From contig CAXHJY010001444.1 in the NCBI GenBank assembly GCA_964016885.1, positions 125,777 through 189,776 of the forward strand: a DNA stretch of 64,000 nt. Reading direction: 5' to 3'. A program made the position numbers and the translations under genes. The stretch is from Eledone cirrhosa (taxonomy: Eukaryota). Of this stretch, positions 15,912 to 27,010 are shown piece by piece (the first letter of the stretch is position 1; each line of letters starts with the position of its first letter). Below the pieces are notes generated by a model. The model saw only the letters and a program-made list of their open reading frames with translations, was not told the DNA's origin and searched no databases.

Positions 15912-16102
15912 AAAGACTCAGGACCCAGACAGATGAGCTCCGGCCGTTTCGACAGCTAGATCCGAACATAGTTCGGATCTAGCTGTCGAAACGGCCGGGG
16001 CTCAGCCGTTGGGGTCCTGACTCTTTTCCTATTACCCACTCTACTACCCTAAATATTGAGTACTCTGGTACGTTTTGGTCCACCCGCTTTGTTCTTTGTT
16101 AT
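15912..16102. repeat. Short palindromic-headed repeat, copy 2
   Basis: Same hairpin and tail as 10745-10935 with a longer centre (GATCCGAACATAGTTCGGATC). Flanked by (GA)n and (TA)/(TG)n. Confidence 0.85.
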
Positions 16103-17333
16103 ATATATATGTGTGTGTGTATGTGTGTGTGTGTGTGTATGTGTGTGTGTGTGTCTGAGCGCACGCAACTGAAACCTCAGACGGAACAAAAGGAATAGAA
16201 TCTGACATGTGGTATCTGTTAGGCTAAACTATCGCTAAATAAATTCAATAACTGAATAAACTTGACCATCTAGCACCCTCTCTTCTCCCATTAGAATTAC
16301 AAATTATCAGCTACTTAGCCACCAAAAGATAGACCACAACAAAGTAGCTGTTAATTTGTATACGACTCACATGGGACTTATTTAGCTATTTATGTAATCA
16401 AACTAACATCCGTATAGAGCTAGCTAGCATTGACAGACAAGGAGATGTATCTAATACCCATTATAATTAAGATGCAAAGCGAGAGACAGAGAAAAGGAGA
16501 GAGAAGTGAATGAGGGGTAAAAGAAGCAAAAGTAAGGTGAAAAAACAGCTATTTGTTTCTGTTGTTGAATATTTTTGTAGCTTCCATGTACTGGAATATA
16601 TTGTTTATGGTTGATAGATCTATGACAATATATTGCATCTCCAATTCTAGTATATTGTAAAGGCTAGCTTTAGAAGAAACGAAATTGGTTAGCTTATTTA
16701 GTGTGAGTAAACCAGAATATTTAAATTTTTTATTTTCGGGTACCAATTCGTTCAGGTCATCCTTTGTGTACTCAATAGAGCGTTCAACCAGTTAGCGATA
16801 GATGCTAGATTCTAATTGCGTAGCGTGATCTGTATGGTTTCCCCTGTAAGCTGTATTTGTTGCCTACTGTAAGTATGTGTGTTTCGCAATATGTATAACA
16901 AATAAAAAATTATTTTTTGATACGCAATTAATACGAATCCACACCGGCGTATTTTGTCTGGCTAATTAATACAGTGATGTTTATGATCTACAAATTGGTC
17001 ACCCTCAATTGATTACGCAATGATGGCATATGGACCAGTAATGGGCAGATGCAGGTTTTAAATACCAGAGCGCAGCACCTTTCATGGCATACACACGAGT
17101 ATCGATTTTCGAATAAAACAGTATTTATTTTTAGCATCATAGCATGTATTCTAGGAGCTTCACTTATAATTTAAAGGCAATTTTCCTTCTTTCGTGAAGG
17201 GAAGATGATACGAACTTTCAATGACATATTCGATTTTTATTTAATATAATACAAATAAAAGTACAATATTTAATCTATATTTGCCTAAGCTGGAAGCCAT
17301 TCGAACTCACGCAAATACATTGGAATATATTTC

Positions 17334-17366
<33 letters not shown>

Positions 17367-17370
17367 ATAT

Positions 17371-17577
17371 AAAGAAAAAAAGATGAAATCGAAACTGCAA
17401 CTGGAGTCTTATTTTTTAAAAATATATCAGATGTGAGAAAAACCACAGACCCTCCATCTCAACTCTACTTTTGAAAAGCAGAAGAACTGCGAAACCGGTA
17501 AAGGAACCAAATAAATATATATATATTTTTAAAAATAAGACTCCAGTTGCATTTTCGATTTCATCTTTTTTTCTTTA
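17371..17577. repeat. Fold-back repeat (~55-bp arms) in (TA)n
   Basis: AAAGAAAAAAGATGAAATCGAAACTGCAACTGGAGTCTTATTTTT and its reverse complement at ~17522-17577. The same arm sequence occurs at 6977-7016. Confidence 0.85.
17468..17503 (+). ncRNA. Minimal hammerhead fold with U3-A8 variant core
   Basis: CTT TTGAAAA GCAG-AAGAA-CTGC GAAAC-CG-GTA AAG, followed by AATAAA. It sits in the spacer of a fold-back repeat. Confidence 0.5.
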
Positions 17578-17621
17578 TACTTTCACTCGTGTTATTTTTC
17601 ATTTTGTAAAAAAAACCTCAC

Positions 17622-17741
<120 letters not shown>

Positions 17742-18500
17742 GTGTTTCACACACATTATCATTTACTGCCTACTAGTTTCCTGGCCGTGCGTATTCAGAT
17801 ATCTCGAAGTTATATAACGAACTTCATGAAACTCACATTGAATCCACAGATTTTTTTCTAATATAATTTACAAGTTACAAAATTGAATTTGAAACAAGAA
17901 TAATTAGCGTTTAAAGGGTAAACAGTTCAGATTTGCTATGGATAAAAGAAAATGCAGTAATTGAAGCAATATATGAACGAATGACATTAAGAAAAACTGT
18001 TTCATAAAATTCTTTAAGTTTTCTAATATTTCCCTTCAGTATATCTCGAGTGTGAACTAAGACAATACCGACTCAATAAAAGTGTCTAACCCGTAAAATC
18101 TTTATCAATCATTTGAAATTCTGTTAAGCTAATAACAATATTTCTTAAACAAAAATACTATAAAGATAAAATATGATTGATTGACGAACACTGAGTAACA
18201 AAATATTATGTCCCGATAGGATAATAATGGTAGAGGAAAATAGTCTAGAATTGAAAAAAATTATTAAAATTGACAGCAAAGAGAAAGTGTTATGAATTTT
18301 TCCCACTTATATTTGTGTAGAGATACAATACATTGTAATGTGTGTGTGTGAGAGTGTGTATGTATATATATATGTATGTGAGTGTCTGTGTAGGTGTGTA
18401 TGTATATGTATGCATGTATATGTATGCATGTATGTATACATGAATGTATGAACATATATGTGTGTGAATCTATATGCATATATACGCATATAGACGTAAA

Positions 18501-18678
18501 TTGGCAGTATCGGTAGAGGGTCGGACGCGATGCTTTGTAGCATAGAGTTACGGCCGTTTATCGTCTGAGTTCAAATCCCGCCGAGGTTAACTTTGCCTAT
18601 CATCCTTATGGGGTCGATAAAATAAAGCACCAGTAATGCACTGGAATAATTGCTGGCCTTGTACCAAAAAGAAAAATT
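18501..18678 (+). mobile_element. SINE family A
   Basis: High similarity to 19803-19990. Confidence 0.88.
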
Positions 18679-18849
18679 ATATATATTTCGTTTCTGAATT
18701 TGTTTGGCAAGATTCTTTATCTGAAAACGTGCGTTGAAACCGATATTGTTATACTTTGGGAGGGTCATGTTGCTAATAAACAACACACGCACCAGTTGCT
18801 TTCACTTCAATTTATTATAATACATTTATAAATTTAGGAATTTATAAAT

Positions 18850-21317
18850 TTCCGGTTGGTTGGTTGGTTCCACAACCAGATGATTGTTTATATATTGTCA
18901 AAGTTCTTTCTTCACACATTCTGTGACCTCTTCAGTGACTGGGGATTCTTTTCTTTGTTTTGTGCCTCTCCTTTGTTCTGTCCTACGCCATCTTGTTTTT
19001 GTGTGCATTGTGTGCTTAGTTTGGGCATGTGTTACATCCGGGTGTCTGTGTGTGTTTATATTTGTTTGTTTATTTCTGTATTTACATGTTACTGGTTGGT
19101 TGTTTGTTCTATGTGCGTGTGTGTTTTCATTTTGTCCTTAATTGTAAGTTGTGATGTTGCTGTTCCATTCATGTTTTCTATTTAATTTTGGTTGTAATTC
19201 TTTTATGTTTATTGTCTCTGTGATTTGTCTAAACATTGCGTCTTTTCTGTGTGTAGATTCTATTTTTATTTCTATGTTCTCTAATGTATCCTTATGTTCT
19301 ATTTTAGCATGTTGGTAGAGTACAGATGATTCTTTACTATCTTGAAGGTCTCGCCAGTGCTCATTTATCCGTTCCCCTATACTACGAGCTGTCTCACCTA
19401 TGTACACTATATTCTTATCTCTACATTGTACTTCAGTACATCTTATGCTATATACTACATTTCTAGTTTTACAGCTATGGGGGGCTTAATTTACAGATTA
19501 TACATTTCTTATCTATACAGGGAGGTCTTTGAAAAGGGTATGTATTGCTAATAAGTGTTTTTAAGGAGGTATCTGGTCTTTTTACTATCTTAATATTGAG
19601 TTTATGTTTATCTAGGGCCCTTCTAAATGTGTAAGCTAATTCACCTCTAAGGGTTGTATCGATGAACATTACACTCTGGTATGTATTGCTATCATACCAT
19701 GAGTTTATTCTATTAACCTTATTCCTAGTTCTTTCTATTCTATTCCAAAATTTGCTCCTATACAAGGGGCAGGTCCCATTTGTGTCATTATTTACCATTT
19801 TTTGAGGGCGGTGGATTGGCAGTATCGGTAGAGGGTCGGACGCCATGCTTTCTAGAATAGTTACGTCCCTTTATGATCTGAGTTCAAATCCCGCCGAGGT
19901 TGACTTTGCCTTTCATCCTTACGGGGTCGATAAAATAAAGTACCAGTAATGCACTGGATAATTGCTGGCCTTGTGCCTAAAGTAGAAACAATTATTTACC
20001 ATTTTTCCCATTTGGTTCTGGCTCCTCTATATACTCTGATTTTATCTCTCTGATTGTAACCAGAGAACTGCATACGGTGGATGAAGTGTTGTATGTGTCT
20101 CTCTAGTTCTTTGGGGTTGCACATGCGGGACACGTTTCTCATCACCCGTACCAAATCCGCAATCAGTATGTTGATTTTGGTATGGTCCGAAACAGCTGAG
20201 TTTCGGTGGATCAGATATTTGGAAGTCATGGGTTTGGCATAATGGGAATGGAGGATTTGTTTTTTTGTTATTAATGGTATCTAACCAGAGCTCTGTACAG
20301 GTAATCGATGGTTGGGGTGTTTGCTTGGGTAGTCTATAGTAACTCTAATATTCTGGTGGACGGAGTTAGCTATTTGCTTGATGCTTTCCATTGTGTTTTT
20401 CTCTAATTCCTGACTGTTTTCTAGTGGGGTGTTTTTACTACGATGTTTATATCATCAACGTAGCGGGAGTACGTTATCAAGGTTAAGGGGTCTTCTAATT
20501 GTTCTTTAAGTTTAAGTTTAAGTCTACTGTCTCACGATACCATGAATAAGTTAGCTATGTCGCCTGCAATACTAACACCAGTGGCTGCTCCCTCCTCTTG
20601 GTCATATGTTTTTCCATTAAATTTGAACATATGTTCCTTAAGGGTTAATTTAATGCTGCCCCCACCGCATGTGCAATCATTTTCTTTAGTTCATCGTGGT
20701 TTTCGGGTGTCCGTATGGCTCTGGTCCACCCGTTCCATCTATCTGTATGGGTTCTCCTGGCCATTGAGGTAACGGTAGGTGGTCTGCCTCTTGCTGGTCT
20801 TGTAGGGCACAGGTTGCTAAGGCCATATGTATCTAGATAATTATTACTATAGGTAAGTTTAAGTAGGAGTCCCAGCTCACTGGTATCAATCCCACGGAAT
20901 TCAACATTGCTCTCACTGATCATTTCTACGCATTTCTCCACAGCAAAATCCACGTCAATAGATGGATACAGGGACACAACATCCATACTACCTATTATGC
21001 AGTCTGTTAGGTCCCTAGATCGGTTACTCTCGCCGATTCTGCTGAGGAGGTCCTCCGTGCTGTCACATATATCTGGGGACATTTCAATGATAGGGCGTAT
21101 GATCAGGGAGAGGAAGTAGGAAAGTCTGTAGTTACTAGCAATTTTAGCTCCACAGACTGGCCGTGTTGGTGGTCCTGTGACAGGGTCACTGCTCGTTTTA
21201 TGGTCTTTTCGAAGCCCATACAACGCTGCCACATCATTGTTCCAGGCCTGGAAGTTGTTGGCAGTCCTTTTGTTGGGCTGCATTATATTTTTCCACATCA
21301 TCATATGGGCATCATCA

Positions 21318-21320
<3 letters not shown>
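18850..21320 (-). mobile_element. Decayed C-terminal-EN Penelope-like element of a different family (RT plus GIY-YIG)
   Basis: LYGLRKDHK, PTRPVCGA, SMDVVSLYPSI (A), QEEGAATGVSIAGDIANLFM (B', ~20540-20600), YSRYVDDI (C, ~20450-20471), and YIGETARSIGERINEH...LYQHAKIEH...LNRKHEW (EN, 19138-19407). Several frameshifts; the 5' end abuts a TA run. Confidence 0.9.
19803..19990 (+). mobile_element. tRNA-derived SINE (family A) inserted in the PLE with a 16-bp TSD
   Basis: A-box-like TTGGCAGTATCGG, B-box GAGTTCAAATCC, and central CTTTGCCTTTCATCCTTACGGGGTCGATAAAATAAAGTACCAG. Direct repeat ATTATTTACCATTTTT at 19787-19802 and 19991-20006. Confidence 0.9.
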
Positions 21321-21388
<68 letters not shown>

Positions 21389-21602
21389 ATCCCGGGTGTA
21401 ATTGGGGGTAACTACATTGCAAAGTACAAATGTTTAATATAGAAATAGCTCAGTGTTCATTTATTGTAAGCAAACAGGATGTTCATTAAGTGGCTATATT
21501 AACATGTTCTGCAAAAGGTTGGTGAATTCTTCAGAAATAATCAGATGTATACATATATATATCTACACACACACACACATATCTATCTAACTATCTATAT
21601 GA

Positions 21603-21745
21603 TTGTTTCTACTTTTGACACAAGGCCAGCAATTATCCCAGTGCATTACTGGTACTTTATTTTATCGACTCCGTAAGTATGAAAGGCAAAGTTAATCTCG
21701 GCGGCATTTTGAACTCAGACCGTAAAGGCACGTAACTCTATGCTT
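21603..21745 (-). mobile_element. SINE family A (partial)
   Basis: Reverse complement of the family A body and tail. Confidence 0.85.
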
Positions 21746-21759
21746 CATATATATATATT

Positions 21760-22510
21760 GACAAAGCGATCTTTGACAGAGCGGCCCCCTACTACAACAC
21801 GGCGTTAGCTAACAGCGGCTTCTCGCAACCAATTACTTACTCCCCCGCTAACACCAACAGCAATAAGAAAAGAAATCGTACCAATAGACAAACTATCTGG
21901 TGATCTCCCCCTTTCTCACTCAACGTTACAACTGATGTAGGAAAAACATGTTTAGCCCTCTTAGATAGACAATTTCCCATAGGTTACAAATACCGTTCCA
22001 TCTTTAACAGACATAGGATAAAACTAGGATACTACTGCGCTAAGAATATGAAGGCCCACATTACCAACAGCCCTAAGAGCGGCACCCCACTAGGATGCTC
22101 TTGCAGGAAACCTGAAGTTTGTCCCCTTCAACAGCAATGCAACACACCCGCTCTAGTTTATGAAGCTGTGGTCACCTCCAACCGACCAAATCAACAACAG
22201 GAGGTCAAATGCTATGTGGGTATGTTGGAGGGCTCGTTTAAGAAACGCTTCCTGAACCACCAGTCGACCTTTAAGTACCCAGACAAACGCTTGTCCACGA
22301 AGCTTGCGAGCCACGTATGGTCCCTCTAAAACTCAAGTGTAGACTACTCCATCCAATGGAAAGATATTACTAAGTCCAAGGGGTAATCCATCTTGTGGAC
22401 TGTGTAATGAAGAAAGGATCAATATTCTAAGGAGATTACGCAATAGCGATTGCCCAAATTAGAGAAATGAACTTTTCTCACGTTGTCCACACGTTTAGAA
22501 ACACCTCTTG
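21760..22510 (+). pseudogene. Decayed Hydra-clade-like PLE fragment (thumb end and GIY-YIG EN)
   Basis: AAPYYNTALANSGF at 21781; W*SPPFS; FPIGYKYRSIFNR; CSCRKPEVCPLQQQC..LVYEA..YVGM..FKKRFLNHQSTF..TKLASHVW; RCPH near 22480. Stops and frameshifts present. Confidence 0.85.
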
Positions 22511-24034
22511 AATAACTACAAAGCTCCGGATTGAATAACATCAACATTCTAATATTCTAATCAACTCGAACAATTTATTCCGGACATTCGCAGTAATCTC
22601 TCTAAACACCTTTTGGCCGTGGATTTTTATCGCTTGGGAGAAGTGATCGTTTCTGCGCATGCGCGTTCATGCTATTTTTTTCTCATTTTCCTGTTCCGTA
22701 TATATATATCTTAAATACAGTTTGGCAACACTTTAGCATAGTGCCTAACGCACTGACCCGGCCTCTTTGATATGCGGGATTCGATTCCTCGTCTATAACT
22801 TTGGTTATTTGCATTGGGACGCACACATTTTAAATGTTCACACTGCTTCTTCAGTCAACTACTTTATTTACACTTCTAACCATAGGCTTAACATCTTTAA
22901 AAATGACGGAATTGGTTGACAGTGGCTCTATAGCGGGGTGATTCAAACACGCACCAGCATCCGAAAGGTACGGTGTTCGATTCTCTGCTAGCGCCTCTGT
23001 CAGAATTTTCCAATTTTTTCCACTATTATATATACGAGTAGTTATTGACTGTTATTGTCATCATTCGCGTTTGGAATGTGTGTGTGAATTCATTACGTCC
23101 TAAATAAGCTATAACTGTAAAAAAGTTTGAAGTCTGAAAATTAAGCGTAAAGTATAACTCTAGTTACTAGATTTTAGTTTCAATCTTTCCAGACAAAATA
23201 AATTATTAGCATTCTCTACGTAATTAAATTTTGTTTAATTGCTGCTTTTTATATAATAAATTCTTATATAATATTTTTGTCATGTTATTTAGCTCTTCAA
23301 AGAAGGATGGACACTTACTAAAAAGAAACAAGAGACAATTTCATATTCATTATTTTGAATTAAATGATTTTTGCTTTGCATTCATTCAATTTCACTATTT
23401 GCATCTGCCCACATCATGATTGTAGTTGTTCGAAGACATAGTTCCTGTTAATTCATTAACCAGTAGAAGCAGAGGACCTAGCATAAGGCCCACTGTACGA
23501 TTCCCAGTTCGGATGAGTCATAATGCTTGAGCATAGCACATCATTTCACGTTGTTCCATTTCAAACAGCTAATATGAGTAACAGCAGCAGCACCTAGAAG
23601 TTAAATTTACGACGCCTCGCTCATTGGGGAGGCCTGTTACGCAACTTCTATGAGAGTATGATAAGATCTAGGCTCAGTTGAACTCAAGACTTCATGGAGA
23701 AATGGACGTATAATAATTCTAACTTATTGGCCAGTTGCAACTTTCATTTTGTAGATACAATAATTGTTTCTACTTTAGGTACAAGGACTGCAATTTGAAG
23801 GGGCGGAGAAAGTCGATTAAACCGACCCGTGTATTACTGGTTCTTTATTCTTTCGATCCTGTAAATATGAAAGGCAAAGGTAGCCTCGACGGGATGTGAA
23901 ATCAATATGTAAAGGGCCGTAACTATATACCGCGAAGCATGGTGTTCGACGCTCTACGGACACTGCTAAGCCACCACCCTTGTAAGAGTAAATAATAATA
24001 ACAACAATAATAAAATTAATAGTGATAATAATAA

Positions 24035-24412
24035 TAATTGTTTCTACTTTTGGCACAAGGCCAGCAATTACCTCAGTACATTACTGGTGCTTTATTTTAT
24101 CGACCCCGTAAGAATGAAAGACAAAGTTAACCTCGGCGGGATTTGAACTTAGACCATAAATGGCCGTAACTCTTTGCTGCAAAGCATGGCGTCCGACCCT
24201 CTAGTGATAGTGCCATGCGTCTTCTTCGATGAATTGGCAGTATCGCTAGAGAGTCTGACACCAGGCTTTGCAGCATAGAGTTACGTCTCATTACGGTCTG
24301 AGTTCAAATCGCGCCGAGATTAACTTTGCCTTTCATCCTTACGGGGTCTATAAAATAAAGCACCAGTAATGCACTGGGATAATCGCTGGCCTTTTGCCAA
24401 AAGTAAAACCAA
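24035..24412. mobile_element. Head-to-head pair of SINE family A (24035-24215 minus, 24233-24412 plus)
   Basis: Both match 19803-19990 in opposite orientations. A third copy lies at ~23762-23980 (minus). Confidence 0.88.
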
Positions 24413-24984
24413 TTTTTATTAATAAATACATAAATGAATAGTTATTATCAATATTATATGGTGGTGATACAGAATAAAATTAAAATATAATTAAGTGAAC
24501 ATATTAAATTAATTGCTTCAACTTTCCTATTTACTGCTTTAACTTCCTTCTCTCTATGGATGAACCAATCAAATGCCAATATTTTCGAAAATGCGGTCTT
24601 GCACCCTATCTAAGTTCAATCCTACGGCTATTGAAAGTATAACGAGGTTCACTATGAGTTCACTTTTACATTTTGGCAATTTGCCGTAATAAGTCCATTG
24701 ATGCTCGCTCCAGGAAGTCCAAAGGAATATCATTTTAGTCTGAGAGACAGGAAGACAAAAAGGTATTCATACGTATTGTTCATATATGATTTTTCTGCTC
24801 TACCTATTTAAACGTATATATTTTTGTATTGCACGGAAATGACTGCTCCTTTTCTTTTTTTTCAATTTCTAAGCAATAATCACTTTTGAAATACAGGCTC
24901 TTCAAGAATTACATTCTGTTTTGGTAGTATCGGTAGAGCGCCAGACACCATGCTTTGCAGCATAGAGTTATGGCCCTTTACAAT

Positions 24985-25306
24985 AAAGGCGACGGCGTTC
25001 TTGGGGAGACGTTGAGCGTCGACGAAAGTTGGGTGAGTGAGGCGAGCATGACCCGAGTGAATGGGCCTACTCTGAGTATCTGTCTCTAGATTGGAGAGGC
25101 CCTGGCAGTCAGGGTGACTATGATTTTTTGTTGGCTTTCTCTATGTGTGACCCTCAGAAGTCCCCCTATTGGGGAATTTATTTTGTTTGAATTTGTTTCA
25201 AATGTCTTCCTTGTTTTTGTTATATGACATTTTAAATGACAAAACCCGCAATACGCTATCCATTAATGTTTTCTTCGTGTGATCCCTGCGTGGCTAATAA
25301 AAAAAA
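24985..25306 (+). mobile_element. Probable 3' end of an L1/Tx1-like LINE with poly(A)
   Basis: GC-richer segment, T-rich 3' UTR, ending in GGCTAATAAAAAAAAA. Family assignment is tentative. Confidence 0.4.
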
Positions 25307-25319
25307 TCTTTATTTTTGC

Positions 25320-25722
25320 AGTGGATCGACAGTAGCGGTAGATTGAACAACTTGATTTACTTTCTGAGTTCAAATCCCAACGAGTTTAGCTTGGCCTTTC
25401 ATACTTACGAGTTCAATAAAGTACCATTAACGCACTGTGGTCAATTTAATCGACATTCCACTTCCCTTTAAATTGCTGATCAAAAGTAGAAATAATTAAT
25501 ACAGTAGCAGTGGGTTCGCAGAATTTTTGCAGTATCGGATTAAATGCAACACAGTATTTCGTTATTGTCCTTTATATTCTGGTTTCACATCTTGGCGATA
25601 TCAATTTTGCTTTTCATTCTTCCAGTGTCGTTGAGATAAAGTAGTAGTAAAATACTGGGGTCACTATAATCGATACCCAGCCCCTGAAAAAAAAATGTTG
25701 GCCTTATGCCCAAATTAGAATT
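25320..25722 (+). mobile_element. Two older tandem SINE family A-related copies
   Basis: Diverged B-box, CTTTCAT..TAAAGTA core and GGCCTT tail at ~25320-25495 and ~25505-25722. Confidence 0.6.
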
Positions 25723-26399
25723 CAGTATTTACTCTACTGCAATATATTGGATAATGTAGACTGATTTTATATTCTTTAAGAAATTCTTATAGTAACAATC
25801 ATATTGTTATTTCTGTTTAAAATAAAGAATACACATATCCATTGGTTTTAATGTCTATTATTCGATGCACTAACGGTTCTGCCAGTTTGCAACCTACTAT
25901 TTTAATAATAATTTGCATTTGATCACTTGGAAACGGTTCATGATATTAGTTTCAGTTTTATGATAATAATTGCAATAAAAACTGTCAGATAGCTTGGTCA
26001 ATTAATTTTTAAATAATACAAACATTGTTCTGATAAAGACTTTAATTTCAGTGGTAAATTCTGCAACACTAGATGATTATCTCTCTTTACATATATCTCA
26101 GTGGATCTCCTTCATCGGTTTTTGTTATTCGTCGTCTTGTAATATTAAATGATTGATAAATTTGTCCAGCTGGTACATCTCATTGCTAGATATTACATTG
26201 AAAAATTGAAAGGAGTCGATCGTTAACCCAGACCAATCATACTTATGTTTCAATTGGTTTTTCTATTGCTGATACTATCTGCTGATCGCAACACCTGGCA
26301 TATAATCACAGCAATGTCTGTATATATGGATCTGTAATTACTGACGGAACACTTTGCTGCCATCTTGGGTACTTGGAACCTGGCGGAGCTCATCTCCTC

Positions 26400-26560
26400 C
26401 CCAGCTCTGAACACAACCGATTACTTCCAGAGAGGCATAGCGAGAGCGAAAGACTGTTGGAGAACAACAGCTGCAAGTGGTGCCATTTTTCAAATAACTA
26501 AGGAGCGTGCTCACTGAGGATGGCAGTACCAACGACAGCCAAGGTCACATTAATCAGATA
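26400..26560 (+). pseudogene. Small decayed non-LTR RT fragment
   Basis: VGEQQLQVVPFFK*LRSVLTEDG resembles the V..F.YLGS....DG thumb motif. Confidence 0.45.
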
Positions 26561-26842
26561 TTGCATGCGTTACCTCTTAGTTTCAATTTAATATTCATAT
26601 GGTTCGTTATACATATTTCTACTTATTTCTCAATTCGATAACATACGACTCAGAAATATATAGAAACAATAATTAGAAACAATAATTATTAGTAGAACAA
26701 ATGGTAGTATGTAAAGGAGGTAGAATATAGATAATATTAGTAGGGAGAAGAGTGTACGATGTCGGTGTAATAACTACGAGTAGGAGACGAGAGAAGTATG
26801 TTATGGTGATGGAAGAGGTAGAAAATATATAAGATATTACAC

Positions 26843-26969
26843 CCCTTTACGGTCTGAGTTCAAATCCCGCCGAGGTTAACTTTGCCTTTCACCCTTACGG
26901 GGTTGATAAAATAAAGTATCAGTAATGCATTGGGATAATTGCGGGCCTTGTGCCAAAAGTAGAAACAAT

Positions 26970-26970
<1 letters not shown>
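26843..26970 (+). mobile_element. SINE family A (5'-truncated)
   Basis: B-box to tail match. Confidence 0.85.
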
Positions 26971-27010
<40 letters not shown>

